64,000 nucleotides of DNA from Octopus vulgaris (Eukaryota), in the NCBI GenBank assembly GCA_951406725.2, contig OX597816.1, positions 62,000,001-62,064,000 on the forward strand, written 5' to 3'. Below the pieces are notes generated by a model. The model saw nothing but the letters and a program-made list of their open reading frames with translations. It was not told the DNA's origin and did no database searches. Below are positions 13,432 through 25,499 of this stretch, piece after piece (within the stretch, counting starts at the first letter, position 1; each line of letters begins with the position of its first letter). The translations under genes and the position numbers were made by a program.

Positions 13432-13810
13432 GAGGCGCAATGGCCCAGTGGTTAGGGCAGCGGACTCGCGGTCATAGGATCGCTGTTTCGATTCCCAGAC
13501 CGGGCGTTGTGAGTGTTTATTGAGCGAAAACACCTAAAAGCTCCACGCAGCTCCGGCAGGGGATGGTGGTGATCCCTGCTGTACTCTTTCACCACAACTT
13601 TCTCTCACTCTTACTTCCTGTTTCTGTTGTACCTGTATTTCAAGGGGCCGGCCTTGTCACTCTCTGTGTCACGCTGAATATCCCCGAGAACTACGTTAAG
13701 GGTGCACGTGTATGTGGAGTGCTCAGCCACTTACACGTTAATTTCACGAGCAGGCTGTTCCGTTGATTCGGATCAACCGGAATCCTCATCGTCGTAACCG
13801 ACGGAGTGCT
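13432..13810 (+). mobile_element. tRNA(Arg)-like SINE (head 1 + tail Y)
   Basis: gaggcgcaatggcccagtggttagggcagcggactcgcggtc...gtttcgattcc contains A and B boxes and a TCG anticodon-like triplet; the tail is shared with 6843-7175. Confidence 0.85.
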
Positions 13811-14176
13811 TTCACATTTAACTGATATTATATACTTAGCTAATCTTAATCATTTATGTTAAAGCTAATTACTATTCATAAACATGGTTTGCTCTGAGTT
13901 ATGAACGTAAAAGAAATCCATTGTGATAGCGGACTGTCTTAAGTTATCTACTTCTGGTTAAGTAGTTGCTAAATCGTCTACGATTCTCATAGGATATGGC
14001 AGGAGACGAGATTATTAAGCATATTCAGCAGAAACGCGATTATATTTGTTATTTCGGGAGTCAAATCGGCTGAATGTAATGTCTATTGTGTGTAATACTT
14101 ACTGGAATCGCACGACAATGGATCATTGTCTCATACTAATACCGCTAGATGCTATATGTTCTGTGTTAGGACGAGT

Positions 14177-14220
<44 letters not shown>

Positions 14221-14264
14221 GTAAAAACTTGTACAAAAAGTTTTTTAATATAATTATAAATATA

Positions 14265-14398
14265 ATTAAGGGTTTAGCAACAAGTTGCTTCACCACATAC
14301 CGAAAATTTATAAATAGCAGCCAAAAAGCAGCTAATTCTTTTAACTACAAAAGTCTGTGGTGTCATATTTGTAGTTAAAACAATTAGCTGTCTTTTGG
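14265..14398. repeat. Small fold-back related to the 34745-35205 element
   Basis: The head aagggtttagcaacaagttgcttcaccacataccg...aaatagcagc resembles 34754-34810; inverted arms 14321-14351 / 14368-14398; follows (TA)n. Confidence 0.6.
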
Positions 14399-15019
14399 TG
14401 AAGCGGAATCAAGTAGAATGAATTTTAGAATGGAGAGGTTAAAGTTTTCGTTTGTGTGTGGACAGAACAAAACAAATTTTGCTTCTCTCTAAATAATGTT
14501 TCGTATTATTTGGCGTTTAGTGTATATTTTAAGTTTGTCTTCCAATTTTACTTCCGCCCTAGCGAAAGCTAAGGTATTGTTTCCAGTCGCGTTTGTTTGT
14601 TTGTCTGTGGACAAGATATCTCAAGAACCGCTGGGTGGTTTCGTGATGTTTGGTATTGTGACTTGTACGAATAGATTAGATTTTCGCAGAGGCAAAACCT
14701 GTGTATGTATGGGATTTCTTATCTAAAGCGCTGATGGAATAAATGCAGTTTAACGACAAAATATTATAGAATTCTTTAGCTGATACAGAAACTGTCAACA
14801 AGCCAATAATATATTATAGCGACTGAAGACGGCTGTTGTTAATGACATCAGAGCACACATAAATTTGAATATATCAAGTAGAACAGGGAAAAGAAAGCCG
14901 TTAGTAGTTCTTCACAAAGTTCGATACCGGAGAGTTCTTATTCTAATATTACGATTAAAGAAAAATCTCATTCTTTACATTTGTAAAGCGGTATGCATAT
15001 TCGTTTCAAGTTTTTTGCA

Positions 15020-15205
15020 CAAGGCCAGACATTTTGGGGGAGGTGGTAAGTTGATTACGTTGACCCCCCAATGTTCAATTGGTATGCATTTTTCGACCCT
15101 GAAAGGATGAAAGGCAAATCGAGCCCGGCAGAATTTGAACTCAGAACGTAAAGATGGACGCATAGCATTTTGCCCGGCGTGCTAACGATTCTGCCAGCAC
15201 CCCAC
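15020..15205 (-). mobile_element. SINE family B copy
   Basis: tcgaccctgaaaggatgaaaggcaaa...atttgaactcagaacgtaaag...gctaacgattctgccagc. Confidence 0.85.
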
Positions 15206-15639
15206 CTCGATCTTAATTGTCATACTTAGGAGGGAAGCGTTAGATGATTGTTGCACTCCCGTCTCTTACCTTTGTTCTAATACAAGAGGGTCTTAGAAAT
15301 ATAGTTAGGCGTCTGAGGAGTCGATTAATATCAATCAGGACTATGTCTCTGCTACGTTTGTACAAACAGATCAGGAAGAATAATGTTGCCCGCGAGAGCC
15401 TTTTCTTTAGATCCTTGCTTCATTACCTAAAAAATAGTCATAGATATCAAGGAATTTTGTATATTCTCAATATTCACGATGTGCACCTTCTTCCCATTAT
15501 AGAATGAGAGAACGGTCTCCACCACTAGCAGATATCCAGCATCTGGAATGATAGCTAATTCTTCGCAACTGAGGGAATATTTCGCATTTTGCTGGTTTAT
15601 TTCTTTTCCTTGCGTAATTCTGTTTTCTTTCGTGCTCTC

Positions 15640-16030
15640 ACTCTCTCTCTCTCTCTCACTCTATCACTTACTCACTCACTCATTCACTCACTCACTCACT
15701 CACTCACTTACTCACTCACTCACTCACTCACTCACTCACTCACTCTATCACTCACTCACACACTCATCCTCTCACTCACTCACTCTATCACTCACTCACT
15801 CACTCGCTCACTAACTCGCTCATCACTCACTCACTCACTCTCTCTCTCACTCTATCACTCACTCACTCACTCACACACACACTCGCTCGCTCACTCACTC
15901 ACTCTCTCACTCACTCACCCACTCACTCACTCACTCGTCGCTCACTCACTCACTCATTCACTCACTCACTCACTCGCTCACTCTATCACTCACTCTATCA
16001 CTCACTCACTCACTCACTCACTCATTCACT
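15640..16030. repeat. (CACT)n microsatellite
   Basis: Directly visible; explains the SLTH-repeat ORFs. Confidence 0.95.
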
Positions 16031-16327
16031 TTCTCTAACAATCTGTGTTTTATATATATTCTTAGAGTTGCATATAGTTCACGACTGAGCTGTACAGATT
16101 TATAAATGCTTACATATTGACACACATGTGTCACCCACAGATACACTTACATCCATGTATGCACGTATGAGCGTGTTATGTATATGTTTGTACGTATGTA
16201 TGGATGTGTGTGGGTGCGTGTGTTTGCGTGTTTCTGTATATCAAGCCATAACACCTTAGTGTTAATAGTAGGCGTAGTGGTAGCAACAGCAGCAACAGCA
16301 GCAGCAGTAGTAGTATTTATAATAATG

Positions 16328-16375
<48 letters not shown>

Positions 16376-16416
16376 TATAAGTTCTGCTGCTGTAGCGGCT
16401 TTTGCTAAAGTGCAGC

Positions 16417-16478
<62 letters not shown>

Positions 16479-18059
16479 AAGCAGCCATCGCAGCAGATTT
16501 TGTTGCTGCGCCAGCTTTTGCTAAAGGTTGAAGAGCAAATGAATCAAACTAATTAAGAATTACAAAGCAGTTGATTGAGTTCGGCAAACTTTGGGATGCA
16601 GACGAGTTGTCCTGTTATCGGGAGCTAGACTATTTCTTTCATAATATCAGCTACAGTTATATCGCCTTTCGATTAACAAGGCAATTGAAGTGCTGTGCCC
16701 ACACTAATGAATGTTGGTTCTCTAGTATTAGGTACGGTTCCTCAGTGTCGTAAAGAAAACTATCATCTCAATATGGTACCCAACAGGCAACATTCTCTTC
16801 ACTGAAAAACGTTTCAAGCTCATCTGCGTCGGGCGCCATCTGTAGCTTTGTAATCCTCTTCCTCTACTAGACACCCCTCATCTTCCAAAACATAATTTTT
16901 AGCATTTGATTTGATTTGCTGTATTGTTCTTCATTCGTCTATCATTTACACATTCGATGTGTAGAGAGCAGAGTTCGATTAGCAGTGAATTCACCAAGGA
17001 ATTGTTAGTTTGAAGCAGTGTCTATGCTTTTTCTTAAAACATTTGTATCCGCCAAAGCCTGTATGTATATATATATATATATATATATTTATTTATTTGG
17101 TGAATAGATGCAATGACATAGTGGGTACTGCAATGATCTGCGAGGAATTCCTTCATCTTTTCTTTGAGGAGATCATACCTTTAACCTTCTGGCTGGTTCT
17201 TAATTGTGTTTAGAGAGAGTCAACCATCTTAAGCATTCGTGTCAGGGCTCCGGTTTGACGATAATTTTTTCCATTCCGCCAGTTCGAGAAAAAACTCATG
17301 GGCAATGTCCTTCATTACATGAATAAAAGAATATACATGTACAGAATATGTCAGCCACAATTAGTTACGATAAAATTGATGTGTTTGTGTGTGTGTGTGT
17401 GCGCGTGTGTATAGATGTATATATAATATCGCAGTCTTGCTATCACAGTAATGACCAAACCATCAGATGCTATTGTACTCCGCTGGTCATGGGGCACTTC
17501 CAGTTCCATCCTGATTGCGCTATTCTCTTATCTCTCCACCAAAATTGCTCATCTAAATCATTATCTTTCTATCGCCACAGAATCCTTCCAAGTAGCCTTT
17601 TCCGACAATGACTTGGCAACTGAGCGCGTCCACCAATTCTCTGCGGGTCTTGTAACATTTTCGACCAAGCAGGAATTGTACATTTTAGCATTCTTCTACC
17701 ACATCCTTCACTTCGCACCATTCTCAAATTATCACATCTCGAATATGCTCTCCAAATAATATTCTTAGCATGGACCATCCCTTGCTCCTTTGCAATTGTA
17801 GCCAATCCATTTTCTACCCTGTTTGTAGCACCTCACGTTTCGCTTGTGCATAAGAGCGCAGCTTGAATTGTGCTACTGAAGAGTCGGGACGTATAGAATG
17901 GTCTCTTTTGAGCTTGTTCTTTATAAAGATAAACTTCTATGTTGCCTTTGCTCTGTTTGATATATATATATATATTGTGTGTGTGTATATATGTATATAT
18001 ATGTATATATATATATATGTTTGTGTGTATATATAGTGTATATATATATCTATATATAA

Positions 18060-18252
18060 AGGGAAAGTTTACGAAAATAAACAAAAGACGAAGGCAGGTG
18101 GTGTACAAACAAACAGATGTATTAGTATAGCGCTCAGGAATAGAAAAAGTCTTTTACGTTTCGAGCCTACGCTCTTCTACAGAAAGGTACACAGAAAAGA
18201 CAAGGAGAGAAAAAAATGTGTGTAGTAGCTAACGATCTATCATTGCGTCTGA
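18060..18252 (-). mobile_element. PLE-terminus-like repeat containing an HHR-like motif (18151-18186)
   Basis: Minus strand CTTT-CTGTAGA-A-GAGC gtag GCTC-GAAA-CG-TA-AAAG; a related copy is at 36450-36640; flanked by TA-rich repeats. Confidence 0.7.
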
Positions 18253-18564
18253 TATATATATGCATGCTCAAAAGATATATATATACGTATATATAATGTG
18301 TGTATATATGTATATAGTGTCTATATATGTGTATCTTTGTGGGGAGTGTGTGTGTATGTTCTATGCTCAGTTATAGTAACATGAGCAATATTCTGTCTTA
18401 CCTTACAGCAAGTTGGGTAACTTTATGAAGCTATAAGGACTTGCAAAATCTTTTCCCACGATAAAATTTTGCCAAGAGTTAACAGTGTATTATCAGAGAG
18501 TTGACTACATTATCAAAGTTCACAGGATTTTCCCGCTTATTATAATGTGACTACAGGTATCTTT

Positions 18565-18731
18565 TCTTCTTCTTCTTCTTCTTCTTCTTCTTCTTCTTCT
18601 TCTTCTTCTTCTTCTTCTTCTTCTTCTTCTTCTTCTTCTTCTTCTTCTTCCTCTCCTCCTCTACTTGCTGCTCCCACTGTACTCCTTGTACCAGCGTTGC
18701 CTGCCTGTCTGTCTGACTCTCTGGCAGTCTG

Positions 18732-18826
<95 letters not shown>

Positions 18827-18840
18827 GTCTGTCTGTCTAT
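18565..18840. repeat. (TCT)n and (TATC)n microsatellites
   Basis: Directly visible; explains the poly-Ser ORF. Confidence 0.95.
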
Positions 18841-19178
18841 TAATAGGGGTTCTTTTCATTCCTCGCTAATCCATGCAGGTTTATAAATTGTAAATAAATA
18901 TGGGCACCCATATACATAACCTGCATATATAAACACGCATACATGTAGGGGTGATTGTACACATACAAACACACAGACATACACACGCACGGATATATTC
19001 ATATACATACATAGTCATCATCATCGCCGTTCGTATAATTATATATATATATGTATATAGGTATCTACTACGAAACACCTGTCTCACATCCTATAACGAA
19101 CTTGAAAGTAATAGTAGCAGTAATAGTTGTAGCAGCAGTAGCAGCAGCAGAAGTATTAGTAGTAGTAGTAGTAGTAGC

Positions 19179-19230
<52 letters not shown>

Positions 19231-19749
19231 TATAAGTTCGGCTGCTGTGGCGGCTTTTGCTAAAGGTTGAATAGCAAATTAATCAAACTAATTAAGAAGC
19301 AGAAAGCAGTTGGTTTATATATTTATTTAATTAGACAATATTTATCTAAGAAGTCGGTTAAAATATTTATAAAGATTCTTTATCCTGTTCACTAATTACT
19401 AATGCTAACTCATTACAGATCTAGAAATTAGAGAAGAAATTCTGGGAAAACAAGCTCTGGGCATGGCTTGTTCGTTAAGAAGATTTCTCTGCAACGATAT
19501 TGATCCGCGTTCAATCCTAATGCACTGAACCATGAACCTGATAGGTGAAGTAATTATCAGAGGCGCTTTGTAGTTTAAAATTAGAATATATATGAGATTC
19601 TACACTTGTATTCTCTCAACGTTGGTTGCTTTTATATATACAAAATCATCCCTTTTTAACCTTTTCGTTTCTCAATATACGTACATCATCACCATGACCC
19701 GGTCACATTGCTTGCAAGGATTCCGTAAATCTATTTCACTGTCTCACTC

Positions 19750-20915
19750 TATTGTTTATCATATTCAAGAGGTGAGAGGTATTGCAGTATATGTCGTCAC
19801 AATTCTGCTTGAGATTAGTTCTGTCTTGTCGTCCGCTATTAGTTCTTACTTGTATAGGCTCACACAAAGGAACTTCACTTACTGCCCTACGAATACGGTC
19901 TTTGATGATATCTGATACTAGATAAAGTTTTACATCTCACCATAAAATGCTCACAGCAAAGATTTGAATGCACCTTGGTAAACAAAGTAAAAATTGATAA
20001 CAGCTTCAAAAATGATGTTTAGGCTTCCCTAAGGAATCGAGACATTCCCAACAGGTGCACCGTATCAGTGAGAAATAGCATTAGTTGTCTCCTTCAAATG
20101 TGCAATGATGCAACATCGAACATATACGAGGAATTCGTTATAGCAGAAAAGTAGCTACAGAAGAGCATATTCCAATGAAACTTAAAACAAGAAAATATGT
20201 TCAATGGGAAAACTAAGAGATAAGACAAAAGAGACAAATACTCCAAGTTGCTGCAGAATTAAAGAATATAGTGCTTACAAGAAGTAATAGAAAACGTTAT
20301 GTAGAAGATGTATTTGATACATATCTCGCGGTTCAACGAGAATTTATTTAATTCACCAAAAATCACACTAGTTCACTCCTCAATTGAAAATAAAAATCCT
20401 GCAACAACCTGTCAGACCATTAATGAAATAAGTGGAAGGAAAGAATCAATCCGAGTCAAAACTCAAAAAGGAATCGCTACAAATGTGGAAAAACCACTTC
20501 CAAAATCTCATCGGAAAAACTCCAGACGTAGTCGATACGTCTATATCACAAATATCAGAACAACTCATTATCAAATGCGGAGACTTTACAAATTCTGGAT
20601 TGGAAACAGTTCTAAGAACATCGAACTCGAACAGAGCACCTGGCCTTGATGTAATACCACATGAACTATGGACAACCAAGCAATTTAATGTTATTCTTTT
20701 AAAGTTCTGCAATGGTGTATATAACCAAACAACATATAAACAGGGGCTAAGGAATGTATCCTCACTTTTCTCAAAGAAGCGAGTCTTGGTGTACCAAAAA
20801 CCTACAGAGGAATAACCATTAAAAGTTTATACTTGTACTCTACTTAACCGCATACGTAAAAAAATCGGAAAGGTGTTGAGAGAAAATGGCCTAGAATTAC
20901 TAATAGATGGACAAT
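19750..20915 (+). pseudogene. Degenerate RTE-type LINE fragment (endonuclease remnant and RT N-terminus)
   Basis: ORF 20432..20815 has WKNHFQNLIG...RAPGLDVIPHELW...LLKFCNGVY, followed by a frameshifted YRGIT. Upstream IQE and YCPTN resemble APE motifs. The 5' boundary is uncertain. Confidence 0.7.
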
Positions 20916-21088
20916 GTTAAAGGACACCAAAATATATCAGTATCTGAGGAAAATCTCTCAACAGTGGTGGTGGCATTACTAAATGCCCATGTCTGACTCC
21001 TTGGTATTCCTCAGCAGCGAGTATCCACTGGAAACTGCAAGCTACATACAGATATAAACACATACACACATAAAATGATGCATATATG

Positions 21089-21295
21089 AAAGGCGGCGAG
21101 CTGGCAGAATCGTTAGCACGCCTGACGAAATGCTTAGCGGTATTTCGTCTGTCTTTACGTTCTGAGTTCAAATTCCGTTGAGCTCGACTTTGCCTCTTAT
21201 CCTTTCGGGGTCGATAAATTAAGTACTAGTTGCGTACTGACGCTTATCTAATCGACTGGCCCCCTCCCCCAAAATTCCGGGCTTTGTGTCTTGAG
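21089..21295 (+). mobile_element. SINE family B copy
   Basis: aaggcggcgagctggcagaatcgttagcacg...gagttcaaattcc...cctttcggggtcgataaattaagtac. Confidence 0.9.
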
Positions 21296-21658
21296 TAGAA
21301 AATAGTGGCGTATATATGAATGTGTGTGTACGCATAAAAGTTTCGGCGAGAGATAGTAAAAGACCTACTACCACGAACGACAATTCTTCGTTACAATTTA
21401 TTCCGGTTGCCCTTAGTCCCCTTTCCACGTGTCATTAAACTTATAATATCAGTGCAATTCATAAACTTGATATAATGTACTAAAAATTATTGCAAATCAG
21501 TGCTCTTCGTGCGGTTTAATTCCAATTACTGAGACCAATAAAAGAAAGCATAGCTCAGTTAATATATTTTTTCATGAGACGTATGTTTCATACGACCCTA
21601 TTAATCAGGAGTTTATGATGCTTCTAAGAATCCTAATTACTTGAAGTTCAAATGATCT

Positions 21659-21735
21659 CGTATATGAAATATATGTGTAACGTATATGAAATATATGTGT
21701 AACGTATATGAAATATATGTGTAACGTATATGAAA
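21659..21735. repeat. 22-bp minisatellite, 3.5 perfect copies
   Basis: cgtatatgaaatatatgtgtaa repeated. Confidence 0.95.
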
Positions 21736-22338
21736 GCAAAGACAGCAATTTCTATATAAAAATACTCTTTTATCTTTCGGAACTTTACTTTTAATATCTT
21801 TACGAAAGATAGGCGGCGAGATGGCAGAATGGCTCTCTACCTGTGACTAAGGAAGACCATCACTGATCATTGCGAAGGCGAAATGCCTGTATATGAGGTA
21901 ATAGCACTCACATTCGGCTTCAGTGCGGCTCGCATCTGCAGCTATCATACTCATTATGGTACTCCCCTACCTAACTGGGCAGCAGAAAGTTGTCTCGCTG
22001 GTGACTGAAAATTGTAGGTTCAATAAGGCTTGCACATAACCTCACGGGTCTTCACCATGCCAATGACATGAACCAGAGAAGGCAGGGCAAGATATCCAGT
22101 GCAAATATAGGTTGCAGGATCAAGTATGTTGGAACGCTATGTTTTCAAGCGCAAGAAAACCCTCAAAATGATCAGTGCCATTCCCTGCCTATCTAGTTTT
22201 ATATCAGATTGAGCTTCTGTCAGATACATGCTTTCACAAAAGTTAAGAAATATACGCATACATACATGCATACATCTATGACCAACCGTACACTTTGTTG
22301 GCTCCAGCATATTCAGTTATTATATATATGTATGTATG

Positions 22339-22404
<66 letters not shown>

Positions 22405-22424
22405 GTCGCAGTCATAACTGTGTA

Positions 22425-22563
22425 ACGAACTTCCTTCCTAACCACATGGTTCCGGGTTCAGTCTCACTGCTCTCACTTTGTGCAAGTGTCTACTACTATA
22501 GCCTCGGGCCGGCCAAAGCCTTCTGAGTGGATTTGGTAGACGGAAACTGAATGAACCCTGTCG
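22425..22563 (+). mobile_element. SINE family A, 5' half
   Basis: accacatggttccgggttcagtc...ggatttggtagacggaaactgaa. Confidence 0.85.
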
Positions 22564-22580
22564 TATATATACATATGAAA

Positions 22581-22720
22581 TCGTTGGCGATTTTTTTCCC
22601 TTCGTCTTCCTTTTCTGTTGGACTTTCTTTTGTCTCCTGTTTCTGAAGAAGACCTTTGCTCGAAAGCTGAAACCACCTTTATTCCTTCCCTGAGCGTCTG
22701 CTTATACTTTACATGTACAA
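22581..22720 (+). mobile_element. PLE-terminus-like repeat with a degenerate HHR (22639-22673)
   Basis: GTTT-CTGAAGA-AGACCtttGCTC-GAAA-gctg-AAAC; co-linear with 54047-54185. Confidence 0.65.
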
Positions 22721-22730
22721 CGTCCTCCAG

Positions 22731-23020
22731 CATTGCTAGAAATAACAGTCAAAACGACTCAATTAGCTAGAGAAAACACTACCAATAAGTTGACGAAATA
22801 GAGGAATCGAGAAAGGTCCGTACTGTAGTGAAAAAAGCTGCCTACTGCGGTAGCAGATATACCCATTTCACATGACTTCCAATTCTGATTCATTGAATCT
22901 CCTCAGAAGGGAACTTTTCTCACTACACTAAGGAGCTTTCTTACTTCCTGTATTTCGTAAACTTAAGATAGTGCCATTTGTGGGTAATTGAGTCGTTTTG
23001 ACTCTTGTTTCTAGCGATGG
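22731..23020. mobile_element. MITE-like element with about 35-bp inverted ends
   Basis: cattgctagaaataacagtcaaaacgactcaatta versus taattgagtcgttttgactcttgtttctagcgatg; the same end motif occurs at 32775 and 33110. Confidence 0.65.
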
Positions 23021-23147
23021 AGGTACTACTTTGTACCCTTGTCACTTTACTGACGTTTTTTAATTTGTCTTGGGTTTAATTATTAATAAACCTCCTACGT
23101 TTAATATATATATGTGTGTGTGTGTGTGTATGTAATACATATATATG

Positions 23148-23221
<74 letters not shown>

Positions 23222-23224
<3 letters not shown>

Positions 23225-23418
23225 ATCCGAATCTATTTGTCTTCATGTAGTGTAAGGAAAGCGACACCAAAGGCACCATTATTTTAACGCTTAAAGATAA
23301 TGAAAAATTTCTTAACGTTTGGGATTTTGGAGCTTCATCGTAAGAAAAACAGTAACGAAAACCAACAGGAGAAGGATAAATGAGGCAAGACGTTTGGCAA
23401 AGAACGGAAACCAAAATA
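23222..23418 (-). mobile_element. Short insert between (TA)n tracts carrying a degenerate HHR-like motif (23308-23347)
   Basis: Minus strand TTTCTT-ACGATGA-AG..C-CAAA-CG-TT-AAGAAA: perfect helix I and palindromic helix III, mutated core. Confidence 0.45.
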
Positions 23419-23433
23419 TGTATGTGTGTGTAT

Positions 23434-23496
<63 letters not shown>

Positions 23497-23497
<1 letters not shown>

Positions 23498-25499
23498 CGA
23501 AACGTCCCGCCTAAAAACAACACTGATGGAGATCGAAAAAAGGCTGCAACAATCCTATGTGTAGGAGAAAGCAGACAAAGAAGCCTGGGTTATAAAAACA
23601 TTAAATCAAACCCAAAGGCCTTCTTTCATTACGCGAAAGAAATAGTCTCAGTACACTACAAGATAGGACCCCTCCTCCAAAAGGATGGCTCCCTCACAGA
23701 GAGTCCAACTAAGATCAGTGAGATGCTGAATGACCAGTTCAGAAGTGTCTTTACAACCCCGTTGGAACACAGACAAGTGAACGAACCAGTGGACTTCTTT
23801 GCCGCCTCACCTATAACCAGCGAGGCGGTTACAATAGAATGTATTGACATTAACGAAAAAGATGCCCTACTAGCCATAGATGAAGTGGACACAAACTCAG
23901 CTGCTGGTCCAGATGGTTTCCCAACCATCCTCCTCAAAGCGTGTAAGCATGCCCTGGCAAAACCCCTCAAGATTCTCTTCCAGAGCTTTCTTGCGAATGG
24001 CAAACTGCTAAGCAAGTTGAAGGAGGGAATAATATGCCCAATACATAAAGGGGGGAAGTAGACTTCACACATCAGCAAAGTCATGGAAATGATAGTCAGA
24101 CAGAAACTAATCGCATTCCTTGAGGAAAATAACTTGCTGAGTGATACCCAGCATGGTTTTCGACCAGGTAGGAGCTGCCTGACCCAGCTCTTACAGCATT
24201 ATGACTGGGTGTTGAGGCAGTTACTCAACAAATCAAATGTAGACGTAATCTACTTTGATTTTGCAAAAGCTTTTGACAAGGTGGATCATGGTATGATATG
24301 CCACAAACTGCGTGACCTCGGCATAGCTCGAAAACTTGGAGTGTGGTTGCATGACTTCCTGAAAGATAGGAGTCAGGCAGTAGTGGTTAAAGGAGCCACC
24401 TCTATGAACATACAAATAGTGAGCGGTGTTCCACAGGGCACTGTCTTGGGACCACTGCTTTTTATAGTAGCTCTCTCAGATATGCCCTCAAATGCGCGGA
24501 TAGCCACTCTGGCCAGCTATGCAGACGATACGAAAGTCTCGCAGAAAATACAGAACCCCAGCGATGTTGCACACCTGCAGCAGGAGTTGGACTCAATCTA
24601 CAGATGGGCTGAAAATAATAATATGCAGTTTAATGCTGAAAAATTCCAGGCCCTGCGCTACCAGCATCCAAAACTAAATATTAAACTTACAGGATACACC
24701 GGTCCACAGGGAATTTCAATCCCAGAGCATAAGTCTGTGAGAGACCTGGGTACCGACATGAGTGAGGATACCTCTTTCCAAGTGCACATTACTAGGATGG
24801 CGACAAAGTGCAGACGACTGGCTGGGTGGATCCTAAGAACATTCAGAACCAGAGATAAGGAAACCATGATGGTCCTCTGGCGGACATTCGTCCTCAGCCG
24901 CCTGGATTACTACTCACAGCTATGGTCACCCACCAGTGTAAAATTAACAGCGGACCTTGAAGCAATCCAGAGAAGATTCACAAAGAAGATCGTCTCTTTG
25001 CAACAGCTCAGCTACTGGGAAAGGTTGAAACATCTAAGACTCTACTCCCTGGAGAGAAGACGGGAGAGGTATGCAGTAATATATATCTGGAAGATCCTGG
25101 AAGGAATTGTGCCAAATTTTGGCATTGTAAGCTACACCAATGCTAGAACGGGACGTCACTGCATAGTGCCAAAGATCCCAGCAATGCCATCACGCTTCAG
25201 GACCAGCTTCTGCAACAGCCTGGGTTTCAAGGGCCCACAGCTTTTTAATATTCTCCCAAAAAGTCTGAGGAACTTGAACAAAGTAGATGTAGCAGTTTTT
25301 AAATCAAAGCTGGACATCTTCCTGTCAAGAGTCCCAGATGAACCTACCTCACGGCAGGAGGTGCAAATGAGAGTAGCTATATCAAACTCCATTCTTCACC
25401 AAGTGCCACATATTAGACGAGGTTCGTCGTAATAACAGTGTAGCACAAAACGGCGGTGCATCAGCATGGCCGCAGCTCTGAGCTGAAACTAGAAAAAAA
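23497..25499 (+). mobile_element. 5'-truncated CR1-group LINE inserted in (TA)n
   Basis: Upstream NPKAFFHY and SAAGPDG...PIHKGG motifs, the RT ORF, and a short 3' UTR ending in a hairpin and A-run. No endonuclease domain is present and the NYRPISL segment is deleted near 24060. Confidence 0.9.
24083..25432 (+). CDS. Reverse transcriptase (non-LTR, CR1-like), 449-aa fragment of ORF2
   Basis: QHGFRPGRSC, DFAKAFDKVDH, SGVPQGTVLGPLLF, YADD and SYWERLKHLRLYSLERRRER motifs. Confidence 0.9.
   Translation: MEMIVRQKLIAFLEENNLLSDTQHGFRPGRSCLTQLLQHYDWVLRQLLNKSNVDVIYFDFAKAFDKVDHGMICHKLRDLGIARKLGVWLHDFLKDRSQAVVVKGATSMNIQIVSGVPQGTVLGPLLFIVALSDMPSNARIATLASYADDTKVSQKIQNPSDVAHLQQELDSIYRWAENNNMQFNAEKFQALRYQHPKLNIKLTGYTGPQGISIPEHKSVRDLGTDMSEDTSFQVHITRMATKCRRLAGWILRTFRTRDKETMMVLWRTFVLSRLDYYSQLWSPTSVKLTADLEAIQRRFTKKIVSLQQLSYWERLKHLRLYSLERRRERYAVIYIWKILEGIVPNFGIVSYTNARTGRHCIVPKIPAMPSRFRTSFCNSLGFKGPQLFNILPKSLRNLNKVDVAVFKSKLDIFLSRVPDEPTSRQEVQMRVAISNSILHQVPHIRRGSS

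Noticed and set aside
13432-13506. tRNA genes at SINE heads (also 3287, 6843, 38665, 42568)
   Set aside because: There is no proper acceptor stem and each continues into a repeated SINE body; they are tRNA-derived only.
17220-17900. Coding-like minus-strand stretch (ORF 17569..17805)
   Set aside because: It is probably an old element remnant, but I could not assign any family motif.
21659-21735. Regular short repeats as a possible CRISPR array
   Set aside because: Head-to-tail 22-mers with no spacers, in eukaryotic DNA with no cas genes.
24083-25432. RT ORF as a retron, DGR or group II intron RT
   Set aside because: The motifs and 3' tail are those of a CR1-type non-LTR retrotransposon; no prokaryotic accessory features.
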